DNA from: a virus
Lineage: Duplodnaviria; Caudoviricetes
Length of the DNA stretch: 58,757 nucleotides
Virus record (IMG/VR): IMGVR_UViG_3300046697_000245
Location: 1 to 58,757 of that record
Strand: one strand, 5' to 3'
The translations under genes were made by a program, and so were the position numbers. Positions 1-10,500 of this stretch are shown one piece after another. Each line of letters starts with the position of its first letter. Positions within the stretch are counted from its first letter, which is position 1. The notes beneath the pieces were generated by a model that ran no database searches, was not told where the DNA came from, and saw only the letters and a program-made list of their open reading frames with translations.

Positions 1-322
1 GCTCAGGCTCGTCCACAATGCCCTGCGGTCGGCGGCGCTCAGGCTCGGCCACCATGCCCTGCGGTCGGCGTCGCTCAGGCTCGTCCACAATGCCCAGCGG
101 TCGGCGTCGCTCAGGCTCGTCCACCATGCCCTGCGGTCGGCGTCGCTCAGGCTCGTCCACAATGCCCTGCGGTCGGCGTCGCTCAGGCTCGTCCACCATG
201 CCCTGCGGTCGGCGGCGCTCAGGCTCGGCCACCATGCCCAGCGGTCGGCGTCGCTCAGGCTCGTCCACAATGCCCTGCGGTCGGCGTCGCTCAGGCTCGG
301 CCACAATGCCCTGCGTTCGGCC
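1..322. repeat. 36-bp tandem repeat, ~9 copies, runs off the left edge
   Basis: Unit GCTCAGGCTCG(T/G)CCAC(A/C)ATGCCC(T/A)GCGGTCGGCG(T/G)C repeats contiguously from position 1 with no spacers. Confidence 0.97.
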
Positions 323-360
323 AATAATTGTTTGATTTCACCAACAAGCTTTCTCTTCAT
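1..360 (-). CDS. Partial Trp-rich 12-aa repeat protein, 3' end outside the window
   Basis: ATG at 360, read by hand as MKRKLVGEIKQLLAERRALWPSLS-DADRRALWTSLS-DADRWAWWPSLS..., open to position 1. Same strand as its neighbours; absent from the ORF track because it has no stop. Confidence 0.65.
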   Translation of the reverse strand, partial: MKRKLVGEIKQLLAERRALWPSLSDADRRALWTSLSDADRWAWWPSLSAADRRAWWTSLSDADRRALWTSLSDADRRAWWTSLSDADRWALWTSLSDADRRAWWPSLSAADRRALWTSLS

Positions 361-387
361 CGCTTACCGCCTTTACTTACAGTTTAC

Positions 388-543
388 TTACAGGTTCGCG
401 CGCTCCGCAGCCAAACACTTCCGGCAGACCGGCTCGCGGCTGCTCTTGTTCTTGCCGCCCTTCTGGTTGACGAGAAATATCCAGGCGACCGCTTGTTCCT
501 CGCAGCGGCGGCACTTACGCCTGGTCTCCCTCTCCACCATCAT
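388..543 (-). CDS. Small CxxC...CxxC zinc-finger protein (51 aa)
   Basis: Manual translation MMVERETRRKCRRCEEQAVAW...EPVCRKCLAAERANL; ATGA overlap with the groES stop codon. Confidence 0.7.
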   Translation of the reverse strand: MMVERETRRKCRRCEEQAVAWIFLVNQKGGKNKSSREPVCRKCLAAERANL

Positions 544-1037
544 CGTGAAAAACTTCCGAGCCATGGTTTACTATCCTTTGCAAGGAGAACCGCATGAACC
601 GCACACTTATCAGCGATCGGCAACTCTAACTGGCGCGGCGTCGCCACGCTCGCCAGCCGCCCCACAATCTCCTCGTCGCGCAGCAGCAGGTACTCCTGGC
701 CGTCAATCCAGATCGGCGTGCCTGAATACTTGGCGAAGAGCACATGATCGCCGGGCCGCGCCTCGGGAAGCGTCAACACTCCGTACTCGAAGCGGCCGCG
801 CCCAGCCTTCAGCACCAGACCCTCCAGCGGCTGCTCCTTCTGGTTATCGGGTATCAGAATCCGTCCGCTTTGCGGCCCCGCCTCCGTGACCACATCCTGC
901 CTCACCAGCACCCGGTCTCCAAACGGCTCAAATGCTGGCCACTCGAGCGGGAGCGGCCCCGCCATCGGTTCATACGGCCCCGCCCCCGGTTCATAATCAC
1001 GCCGCCCCTGAATGCCTTCTCCAGTTTCACTCGCCAT
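540..1037 (-). CDS. groES: Co-chaperonin GroES (Cpn10) with N- and C-terminal extensions
   Basis: PFGDRVLV, GRILIPD..KEQP.EG.V..AG.G, GDHVLFAKYSGT, EYLLLRDEEIVG; GGAG-type SD upstream. Confidence 0.93.
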   Translation of the reverse strand: MASETGEGIQGRRDYEPGAGPYEPMAGPLPLEWPAFEPFGDRVLVRQDVVTEAGPQSGRILIPDNQKEQPLEGLVLKAGRGRFEYGVLTLPEARPGDHVLFAKYSGTPIWIDGQEYLLLRDEEIVGRLASVATPRQLELPIADKCAVHAVLLAKDSKPWLGSFSR

Positions 1038-1103
1038 GCCTGACTCCCCTCGTAACTGAATGCTGTTAACTGCCCATTGTTAGCTGACGGCTGTTAGCCG
1101 CTC

Positions 1104-1496
1104 TCACGGCTTCTTCATCAAGCTGTTGGTCGTTGGGTTCCAAACCCAGCCGGGATACTCTTTTTCAATGGCCAGAATCAGAGCGTTCCACTGTTCCTGC
1201 AGGTTCTGTTCCTGCTGTTGCAAAACCTGTTCCTGTTGCTTTGCCAGCGTGAACTTCAACTGGATATTCTCCATCTGCGTCTTCTTCAGTTCACTCAGCT
1301 CTGGCGGCAGCGCCGGCTGCACCGGCTTTGTGGCCGCTGGCGCCGCCGCTGGCTGCGCCGGTGTGGGTTGTGACGGCTTGGGCTGTGGCGCGGCAGCCGT
1401 AGCGGCGCTGGCGCCGCTCTTTTGCTGCGCGGGCTTGTCCTGGGCATAGGCCAGCATCGAACCAGCCAACAGTATTGCGATTGCAAACGTCTTCAT
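1104..1496 (-). CDS. Exported protein: signal peptide, Pro/Ala linker, Gln-rich coiled coil
   Basis: AAGGAG SD; MKTFAIAILLAGSMLAYA|QD has an AxA cleavage motif. Confidence 0.8.
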   Translation of the reverse strand: MKTFAIAILLAGSMLAYAQDKPAQQKSGASAATAAAPQPKPSQPTPAQPAAAPAATKPVQPALPPELSELKKTQMENIQLKFTLAKQQEQVLQQQEQNLQEQWNALILAIEKEYPGWVWNPTTNSLMKKP

Positions 1497-1532
1497 ATTC
1501 AGGGTCTCCTTGGTTGGGTTAGTGGTCAGTGT

Positions 1533-2010
1533 GCGCGCTCCGGCGACCGCCGCTGCTGCTGCCAAGATCAGTCGACACGATTCCTCGCGCCGCTGATGCG
1601 GTTCGCTGGGTGTGAATGGATTGTGTTAGGGGGTCAAACGAAGAGATTGCTTCGGGTGGGAGACCCGCCGCCAATGACCTGGCCGGCGGTTCTATTGGGT
1701 TCTTTCTGATGGCAGCGAACACGTCAAACCTCGCGGCCTCCGCCTGATATACTATCAGACTCGGCCCGGCAGCAGCAGCAGCAGTGTGTAGATACCCCGG
1801 CGCGAGGCCGCGGGTTGCGCGATGTACAGCAGATTCCACGCAACCCATCCTGTAGGTTTTGGCGGGGCTGCCGTGTTTGCAACGGCTCCCGGCGAAGAAG
1901 AAACGCGGCGCTGTATCGCAAACTCGCCCGCCTGTGCCCCGCCGGTACTACCCCATAATCTCGTTGCCGGGTTATCCATGACGCCCAGCCGGTAAACCGA
2001 GCGCGAAAAT
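1533..2010 (-). ncRNA. Candidate large structured non-coding RNA or leader (~475 nt), family not recognised
   Basis: Lies downstream of a sigma70 promoter, has no convincing ORF, and has many perfect helices: 1534-40/1999-2005, 1552-63/1768-79, 1732-40/1804-12, 1812-19/1839-46, 1861-68/1936-43. Confidence 0.55.
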
Positions 2011-2023
2011 GCAACTCTTCGCT

Positions 2024-2052
2024 ACATTAGATAGGCTGGGATTGTTTGTCAA
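2024..2052 (-). promoter_or_regulatory. sigma70-type promoter
   Basis: TTGACA-17 bp-TAATGT on the minus strand, preceded by a T-tract, in an AT-rich gap after terL. Confidence 0.75.
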
Positions 2053-2102
2053 GAAAAAAATGCGGGATTGTGCAAAAAAGATCATCAAAGACGCCAACGC
2101 TG

Positions 2103-3755
2103 CTATCTCCTGATCGGCAAATCCATCACCCCGCTGCCGCCCAGCGGCATTCCCAGCCCTTCGCGCCGCTCCGCCGCCTCCAATTCCCGCTCCTTCTTCC
2201 AGCGGTAGTGCGCCATGCTGGTCTCGTCCAGACCGCTTTGGCGCAGCTTGTCCAGCTCCTCCTCCAGCGCCACCCGCCGCGGCATCACGCTCTGCTCAAT
2301 CCAGGTGTTGTACCCATAGCGCGTCTCGTCCAGCACATCGTCCAGCGGGTCGCCGCGCAGCTTCTTGATCGCCCTCCGGTCGTCAATCACCCGCGAGCTC
2401 AGGCTCTTGTAGGTGCGCGGACAGGCCTTCGTAATCACCAGGTTCATGCTCGCCAGGCCGTTATAGAGATTCTGCGCGCTGGCCTGGCTGTTCTTGCTCT
2501 CGCCGCCGCATTTGATGCATGGAATTCCATGCTTGGCAAACATCTTCTGCATCATTTCGAAGACGCTCTCGCCCTGGCCCTGATGCTTGTCGTCGGCGGT
2601 GTCGTCCACCACATAGAGCACCTTGGGCGGCTCCGGATCGCTATCGTTCAGCTTCTTCAGCCATGCGGCCTGCTTCGGCGCCCGGGCCGTCGCTTCAAAG
2701 CCCTTCTCGCAGATCCCCTCCACAAAAGTCTTCAACGGCATCTTGGGCTCATCCCGCTCCCGCGTCTTGTACGTCCGCCCCAGCGGGCTGATCGCGTACA
2801 TGCCGGCCGCCGCGCTGCTGTTCCCAAAGCCGAAGTCGATGCTGATAAAGTGGTTCCACCACCACTGCTCTCCAATCGATTGCAGGGCCGGGCACATATC
2901 CGGCTGCATGAAGTCAAAGTAGATGCCCTCGGCGTTGCACCAGCAGCCATCCAATAACTGCTTGCGCAGCACCGCCGCCTGGCTCATCAGGCCCTTGATC
3001 TTCGCCTGATAGTAGCTGGGATTGTCCTGAATGAAGGCTGGGATAAAAGCCGTCGAGAACGCCACCGGCTCGCCCGTCGTCCAGGTCGCCCCGCCATAGA
3101 CCTTGCCCGGCACTGTACTGGTCTCCATCGGCAGGCTGTCGTCCGCCGGCGCGGGAAAATGAATCGGGCAGCGGTTGCGCATGAAGACCTGCATCTGCCA
3201 TCCATAGCCCATGCCGCCGGGATTGCAGGTGAACCTGCCCCGTACTCGCAGGCCTTTTGAGGGGTCCGCGACCAGCCATGCCAGCATTTTGCGCACGCGA
3301 TCTTCAGGATGCTGCCCGCTCTCGTCGATGCCCAGCCAACTGCGCGGGTTGCCCTGATGGTTATCCAGATCCCTGTCGGTGGCCAGGTAGCCATACTCCA
3401 CCGTGCCGCCAGCAGGGAAGACCCAGCTATGCTCGGCGCTCTTGTGTGTTGCGCCCATAGGCTTGTACATCTGATGCATCAGGTCTTTCAGCTCCGCCAT
3501 ATCCGTGCGTTGCTTCCTGAGCAGCAGCGCGTTCAGCGCCGGGTTGCGGCGCTCCTCGGCGGCGTCCATCACCAGCATCTGAGTCTTGCCGCCTCCCGAT
3601 GCGCCGCCATAATCCAGCAACTCCGCCCGCGAGCACAGCGCCGCCTGTTGAGCAGCGGACAGCGGCCACCAGCCCGTGTACCCGGCGGGCCGCGGCTCCA
3701 GCGGAGGAAAGTGGCAATCAATCATGGGCGCGCTCTCCTCGCGCGCAGTGGTCAT
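2103..3755 (-). CDS. terL: Terminase large subunit
   Basis: Walker A YGGASGGGKT, Walker B LGIDE, motif III TCNPGG, nuclease ISIDFG and C-terminal DDxxD. Confidence 0.93.
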   Translation of the reverse strand: MTTAREESAPMIDCHFPPLEPRPAGYTGWWPLSAAQQAALCSRAELLDYGGASGGGKTQMLVMDAAEERRNPALNALLLRKQRTDMAELKDLMHQMYKPMGATHKSAEHSWVFPAGGTVEYGYLATDRDLDNHQGNPRSWLGIDESGQHPEDRVRKMLAWLVADPSKGLRVRGRFTCNPGGMGYGWQMQVFMRNRCPIHFPAPADDSLPMETSTVPGKVYGGATWTTGEPVAFSTAFIPAFIQDNPSYYQAKIKGLMSQAAVLRKQLLDGCWCNAEGIYFDFMQPDMCPALQSIGEQWWWNHFISIDFGFGNSSAAAGMYAISPLGRTYKTRERDEPKMPLKTFVEGICEKGFEATARAPKQAAWLKKLNDSDPEPPKVLYVVDDTADDKHQGQGESVFEMMQKMFAKHGIPCIKCGGESKNSQASAQNLYNGLASMNLVITKACPRTYKSLSSRVIDDRRAIKKLRGDPLDDVLDETRYGYNTWIEQSVMPRRVALEEELDKLRQSGLDETSMAHYRWKKERELEAAERREGLGMPLGGSGVMDLPIRR

Positions 3756-4474
3756 CCATGACGCCTCCCCACTTTCACCTCCAGCGCCTCCAGCGGCGCC
3801 TCCACGGTCTCGACGGGTTGTGCCCCGTTCACCGCGGCTCTATCGCGATGAGCGGGCGGCTGTCCACTGTCCGCTGGCGCCGCCTCGGCTTCCCCGAAGA
3901 TCGGCGCCGCCTCCGCCGCGCCCATCATCCCCCGCTCAAAGAACGATCCCGGCACCTGCGCGCCTTGGCCAGGGCCGCCCCCCTCCGGCGGCATCATCCG
4001 CTCCGTGCCGTTGCGCCCGCTGCGAATCGTTCCCGCCACCACCAGCGCCAGCTTCAACACTTCCATGTGAATTGTGTGCGCCGCCTTCAAGTCCTTGGGA
4101 TCGGTCTCGATCAGCGCATTCAGCCTGCGCATCGCCCGGCGCTCGGTCTCCCGGCAGAGCATATCCTCCACCTCTTCGCGGCGGTTAATGTCGGAGGCGT
4201 CCAGCTTGGCCTGCTCCATGCGCAGTATCTGTTTTTGGATGGCCAGCTCGGCCTGCACATGAGGCCGTTTCAGGAGGGTTCGCGCGTGCTGCTCGGTCAT
4301 GCGCGCGCGGCGCGCGGCAACGCTCAACTTATCTTCCACCGCCCCATAACGCACGTACTGACGCACCAGAAACAGCTCCTGCGAGCTCAGCGACGGCGCG
4401 CGCTTGGGCGTTGCCCCGGTTTTGGCGTTGCTCTTACTCATCGGCACATCTCTTCGGCGCAGCTTTTTTTCCAC
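3752..4474 (-). CDS. Probable terminase small subunit
   Basis: ATGA overlap with terL; N-terminal LS.QE..FV..Y...AARRA....A..LLKRPHVQA helical pattern typical of TerS. Confidence 0.65.
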   Translation of the reverse strand: MEKKLRRRDVPMSKSNAKTGATPKRAPSLSSQELFLVRQYVRYGAVEDKLSVAARRARMTEQHARTLLKRPHVQAELAIQKQILRMEQAKLDASDINRREEVEDMLCRETERRAMRRLNALIETDPKDLKAAHTIHMEVLKLALVVAGTIRSGRNGTERMMPPEGGGPGQGAQVPGSFFERGMMGAAEAAPIFGEAEAAPADSGQPPAHRDRAAVNGAQPVETVEAPLEALEVKVGRRHG

Positions 4475-4533
4475 CGGGCTTTACCGGACTGACCACTGTT
4501 CACTGACAACTGACAACTGCGGCGCGCGCGCCG

Positions 4534-7500
4534 CTAGTACTCAATCCCCGCCTTGTCCAGCCGCGCCATCAGGCCGTCGGCGGCGGCGGCGCGCTTTTCC
4601 CCCACTTCCTTGATTGAATTCGTACCTTTTGTCTGCATAATCTTTTTCATTTCCTCTTTCTCGCCGGCATCGGCCCGCTTCCAAATCTCCAGCGCATCAT
4701 CCATTCCCAGATGGTCTACATCATACTGCAATGCTGTCATGCCGGCGCGTTTAACAATTGTCTCAAACTCGCTGTCAGTCCATTTTCCCGCACCTAATTC
4801 TTTCTGGGCTTCATCTGGCCAGCTTGACGTATCCGCGCCCACAGCGCCGGCTTTGCGCAGTTTCATGACCTCTTGCACAATCCGTCGCGACTCCGCCTGT
4901 TTATCCTCATCCTGCGGCTTGTCGGGGATATTGGCTATCCTCATCTTTGCCGCCTGGCGCTCCAGCGGCGTTCTGTAATTGTTCATCTGCAAACCCATGG
5001 CGGTAAAGAACCCATCCACCAGCCCCTCGCTCGACGTGTTCAGAACTTTTTGCACCGGGATCGGCGTACTCTGCTTTGCATAGTTTTTGAAAAAGCTGCT
5101 CTTGGTCTCCTGCCGGCCAAAGTTGTCTCTCCCTGTAATGAACTCGATAGTTGGCCTGACCGTCACCGGATTCAGACGGTTGTAACCCCACTCCACGGGG
5201 TCGGTGATCAGCCCGGCAATATCACCATACACTGTGCGCAGACTGATGCGTTTTCCACCCATAACCGATCCCCAGCGTTCCGGCGTCACCACAGCAAAAG
5301 CATCTTCCGGCTTCCAGTATCCTCCAGCCATTCCCTTGTCATGATTGATTGCCGCATTGACAATGCGGCAAGTCGCATACATCAGCACCGCGCCTCGAAT
5401 CAAGGCTAATCTCTGTTCCCCTCCATATTTTGAGAAGCCCTGCGCCACAAACTGCGCGCGCGCCTTGGTAAAGTCCGGGCTGAAAGTAAGCAGATGCTCG
5501 GCAGCTTTCCAGGTTCTTCCGCTCATAAAATCCAGATGCCGGAAAAACGCCGGATCCTGGCCGCTGAAAGCCGCATTGGTCTGGCTGGCGCTCATTGCGT
5601 GAATCTCATCCGGCGTCATCTTCGCCGCGTGTCCGGGCCTCACTCCGCCGTAGCGGTTCATGTTGCGATCGTCAATGATTTTGTAAGCCTTACCCTTGAG
5701 CCGCGGAATCCAGTCGCGGAAGAGATAACGCTTGTAACTCTGCATTCCCGGCAATCCGCTCAGCACTCCCTCCGGGTCAATGTGCAGCAGTTCCAGTCCA
5801 TGCTTCACGCCCTCCAGCACCTGCTGGTCTTTTGCCAGCACCTTCAAATCCGGCACGCTGAATGGATTGATAAAGTGATCGAGCGCATGGGTTCCTAACT
5901 GCACCTGATGGAAGCCGCTGCCGTAGAGAATTGCTCCCTTCACCTTTGCTCCCGCTGTTTGAGTCCCTCTCAGACCAGCTTTCATTACATTCACCGCGGC
6001 ATGTTCCGAGGGTGTCTTCAACCAGCTCTCCGCCAGCAGGTCGCTGATCCGCCCGGCATAATCCTTGTGAATCAGCAGGTCGCCGCGCATGGCCGCCCTC
6101 TTATCAGCGGGCACGGGAAAGTGTGTATCCTCCGGGCCAAAGAGCTTGCCTTGCTCGGTTTCGCTCATCTTGTCGTAGCCCGGCACCAGCATTTTGCGAT
6201 CAGCCTCCGTCATCTCCCACTCAAAGTTCTTGAGCTGGCTATAGGGCAGACGCACATAGTCGTTCATATCCAGTGGCCGTTTCGGCTGTTGCACAATGCG
6301 AGCATCGCCACTTGCATCCTTGTCCAGCATCGTCCAGCCCGCCCGCGACTCCAGCACGGCGATGGGCTTCAACTTCTCATGCTGATTCAGGTAATCCAAC
6401 ACCTCTTTTATCGCCGTCTCCTGGGTCTGGCCTTTGTTCGTAAACAGCGTGTCTTCCGGGCCTTTCACGTACCACATATCCTTGCCGTCGTCATCCTTGA
6501 GGCTGATGGGTTCAAAGCCCGTGGGCAGTTCCGTGTAGACCTTCGGCTTCTCCACCGTCCCGGTTAGCAGACTCTTGACAAAGCCGCGAGTCATAAATGC
6601 TTTTGTGAAGGAGTCGTGATACGCGCTCAGAATCTTGCCCGCATCCATCGTCTTGGGGTCTTCGCCATGCGCCAGCGCCTCAAAGAAGTTTGGCCAAACA
6701 CGTTCTTTCAGAAAGCCGGGGCTGGGCGCCAGTTCGCTCAGGCTGGCCGCCGCACGGATATTCCCCAGCATCGCCGGGTCACTGGCATACATGTGCATGG
6801 CATAGTGGCTGGCTCCGGCGGGCAGCAGCCCAGCATCAATGAGAATCTTGAGTTGTTGATCGAAGTAATCCCGATGCGCCGCCGCCACCGCTTTCTGTTC
6901 CGGCGTGAGGCGTAGCGCGTCTCTGAAGTCTTGCAGCCGTTTCTGCGCGGCGGGATTGGCCATGTGCCTGACTTCTGCCGCCCACCGCTTCAGTTCCTGC
7001 TCATCTTTGGCTTCGCTAAAAACGGTGATGGCGTTGCGCTCGCGCTCGCTGGGCGCAACGCGCTTCAACTCCTTCTGATAGGTGTCCACATCCATTGCGG
7101 ATTTGAACTCGGCGCCGCGCAGGTCACCCAGGTTCTTGAAGTAATCAGTCCACGGCGCGGGCTTGCTCCAACTGCTCCATGCACCAACGGAAGCGCCATG
7201 CACGGCGCCCAGGGCGCCTTGCAGTTTGGTGCGGCCTGTACCAAACGCATCCCGGCCGGCATCCGAGGCGGCGGTCACGCGCTCTTTCATGGTCATGGAG
7301 CGTTTAGGCAGCTTGGCCAGTTCGCTGATTGCATCTTCCAGCGCATGGCTGGTATCCAGCTTCGACGGTGTAGCGCCGGCCTCCCGGCCGGCTGTCGCGC
7401 GGGCGGCCTCGCCAGCGCGCTGAAACATCGGAAAGCCTTGCTGCATCGCGCTCTGGCGCATCGCGTCGGTCACCGGCAGGTAGGGCACGGTCATATCCGG

Positions 7501-10500
7501 TCCAGCTAAGTGAGTTTTGTATTCCTCGGCTGCCATTTTTGCTTGGTCCATCCTAAACACTGAGTTTGATCCGAAGAATTTAACAGGGGACCCGTCGGCA
7601 TCTTGGACTTCATATCCATTGCCAACCTGTTCAACCTTCAGCTTTGCGTGATCGCCGAGTCGCGTCTCCCCCACCCGCGCGCTCTTCAAAAACCATGTCG
7701 GCGCCTTGTCCAGGTCTGACCACTGATCGCTGATAGCTGAAAGCTGTTTTTGAAACAGGCTCGCCATCCCCCCCGCTTCCGTCCCGGCAAACAGCGGCGA
7801 CTCCCGCTCCATCCGCCCCGCCGCTCCGCTGATGCTCGGCCTGGGCGCAAGCAGCCGGTCAGAGAGTTGCAATCCCGTCTCTGAGAGGTTTCTGGCTTGA
7901 GCCACGTGCCGTAGTCTGATATGTTCTTCGAGCCGCTCTATATCTGCATCAAGTCGGTCTAATTCATCGTTGGCGCGGGCGAATTGTGCGGTGCCCTCAG
8001 GTGCGGCGGAGTACGCTCTAGCGGCTTTATCATGCTGCGTGTGCAAATCGGCAAGCTCTGCATCTAATGCGGTAACCGCCTCGCGTTCCCGCACAGCGCC
8101 CTCAAAGCCCGGCAGCGCCACCGCCTCACCCTGCAACGGCACAAACCCAGCGCGGCGCGCCCGCATCCGCTGGAAAAACCCGCTCCGCGCCGCCGGCACT
8201 TGCTGATCGCTGACGGCTGACGGCGGACGGCTGCTCTTCAGTTCACCTTCCTTCGCGCCCGCTCGCGCAGCACCTCGTTCATCACCTTTTGCCGTGGGTC
8301 GTGTTCCGGCGCCAGGCTCACGTGATACTCGCCCGGTTTCAGCGGCGGCATCTCCCGCAAATGCTTTGCCGCTATCTGGTCGAACTCTTTCTCGTGCTTC
8401 CGGTTCAGCGCCTCCCGGAATGCGCTGGTCATACTCCCTGCCATAGTCTGCCCCTTTCAGTTCATCAATAATCCGTTGCATCGACCGCTCCACCGGCGGC
8501 ATATCATCCAAAATCTCCGGCCCAAATTCATCCACAGCCGCCGTCAGAAAAGCGTGTGCCACGTCGACACGCTCCGCTTCAGTTGCATCCAGCGCCGGGT
8601 CGCCGGCCAGCGGTTTGGCCAGCAGCTCATGAGCCATCTCCCATTGCGCCGCCGCCGGATCGCCGGCGCCATACCCCAACTTACGCAGCCGCGCGGCCAT
8701 CTCCGCCACCTCAGGCCGGGTGGCAATCTCTCGCATGGCGTCGGAGTTCATTAGCTCATGCCGGATTGCCCAGCCGTGCCAGGCCTCCTCGCGCGCCGTG
8801 TCGTCGCGATAGTCGCCGCGCAGCACCGTGGTCAGCCCATCCTCACCCTTGGCCGCCGCCAGCGCCTTCGCCATCCGGTCGTAACCGTCCGCCGCCGTGT
8901 TCCGCCCATCCTTGCGCGCGGCGGCCGCCGCCTCCCGCATGATTGCCGCGCCTGTCCGGCTCACATGTTCCGGCAGCGTCATGCCCAGCCAGTCCTGCCC
9001 CGCGCCCAACGGGTTCCGTCCGGCGCTATCCGTCATCTTCGCAAAGGCCCGATGCCACAGCACCGCCGAATCCGCATCCAGCGCCACCGCCCGCCGCCCC
9101 GCCGCGTCTACCGCCTCCGGCCGCGCCGCCACCGCATTCTCATGCAGCCCGCGCCCCTTCGCCGCATCCTTGGCCTTGGTGAAGCGTGCAATCCGCAAAA
9201 CCTCAGACTCGCCGGCAGAGCGGGGACTCGGAACTCTGTTCCCTGCTTCGCCGGCATTTCTAACTCCTCCAGCCGCACTAACACTGCCCGTGCGGCCAGC
9301 ATCAGTATACGCCACATCCTGCGAACGCGCCACGGCTTCGCCGCCAGGCGGCATGGCAGGCGAGGTTGCTCCGGATGGTTCGGCTTTGCGCAGCGTGCCA
9401 TCCAAATCCACCAGAATAGGCTTGCCTTCATCGCCGGGGTTAGTGGTATGGCTTAATATGCGGCCAGTGTTGTGTTCCACATTTGAACTGTCGTCGTAGA
9501 TAGCCCCGTCTCCGGCATCCTTCACGTCAGTGATCGGCAGGCTCACCCCAAACTGCTCGCGGATTGCCGCATCAACGGCGCGGCGGTTGGCTTCGACCGG
9601 CTCCCTGCTGATGCGCCGCGTAAATATCTTTACGGGCAAACCTTTATCAATCCGCTCACGCACCAGTTTGGCAATGTCTCCGTCGATAGGCGCCCCTATC
9701 GGCGGCACTGTAGAGCCGGCATCCCCGCCCGCCGCCTGCTTCTCCGGCCACCGCACATACTTTGCGGGAATGTCGCGCAACGTGCTGCCGTCGGCAAGGT
9801 CCACACGGACCAATCCCGGTATTCCGTTCGTGGGCCTTGAGTAATGCCGCGCGGTGCCGCTCACCCAGCTTCCGTCTACCTTATTGCGCACCTCAACAGG
9901 CAACGCAATCTTGTTGGTCTGCCCGTTTGGAGGCCGCCATTCTACCTCTGCGGCTGGGGCGCTTCCGCTTCCGGCTGTGGTTGGGGCTGTAGGTCTGGGC
10001 GCTCCGGCTGGCTGGACTGGTCCGGCTGAAGCGCGAACCTCTCCTGCATTTCCTCTGGATGCGCCAGCGCCCACTGCACCGCGTCCCGCGCCCGCTGCTT
10101 GCTGGGGCTGACCCGCCGCGGCGAGCGTATCCGATTGGTTGAGGTCTGCAATGCCATGATGGAACTCCTCGTCTGTCAGTGTACTCCCAAATGCGTGATT
10201 GAAGGCGTCAAAAGCCTCTCCCCCGCCAAACATTCTTGTTGCGCCCGGCAGGTTCTGCTTCGCGTCTGTAGCAAAGTTCTGAAAGCGCGTCCTGACCGCA
10301 TTCGGCTTTTCGTCCAACACCTTTACCAGCGCGTCGACAACCGGATTCCGGCCCGGCCCAAAGATGCTTCGCTGGTTCACCGTCAGTTCTACCGTCGAGC
10401 CGTTCCGGGCAATCGTCGTGTGCTCAGCCACCGCGCGCAGCAGCGCCGGCCTAACCGCATAAATCAGGTTCCACTCATCCGGCCTCGAGCCAATCGCCGA

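Noticed and set aside
1-322. CRISPR array (36-bp repeats)
   Set aside because: Units are contiguous with no unique spacers, and there are no cas genes.
18-335. + strand ORF (MPCGRRRSGSST)n
   Set aside because: Shadow of the repeat. The minus frame has a unique N-terminus and matches the operon direction.
1533-2010. RNase P RNA, tmRNA or self-splicing intron
   Set aside because: No GAGGAAAGUCC, no tRNA-like ends or tag frame, and no interrupted gene.
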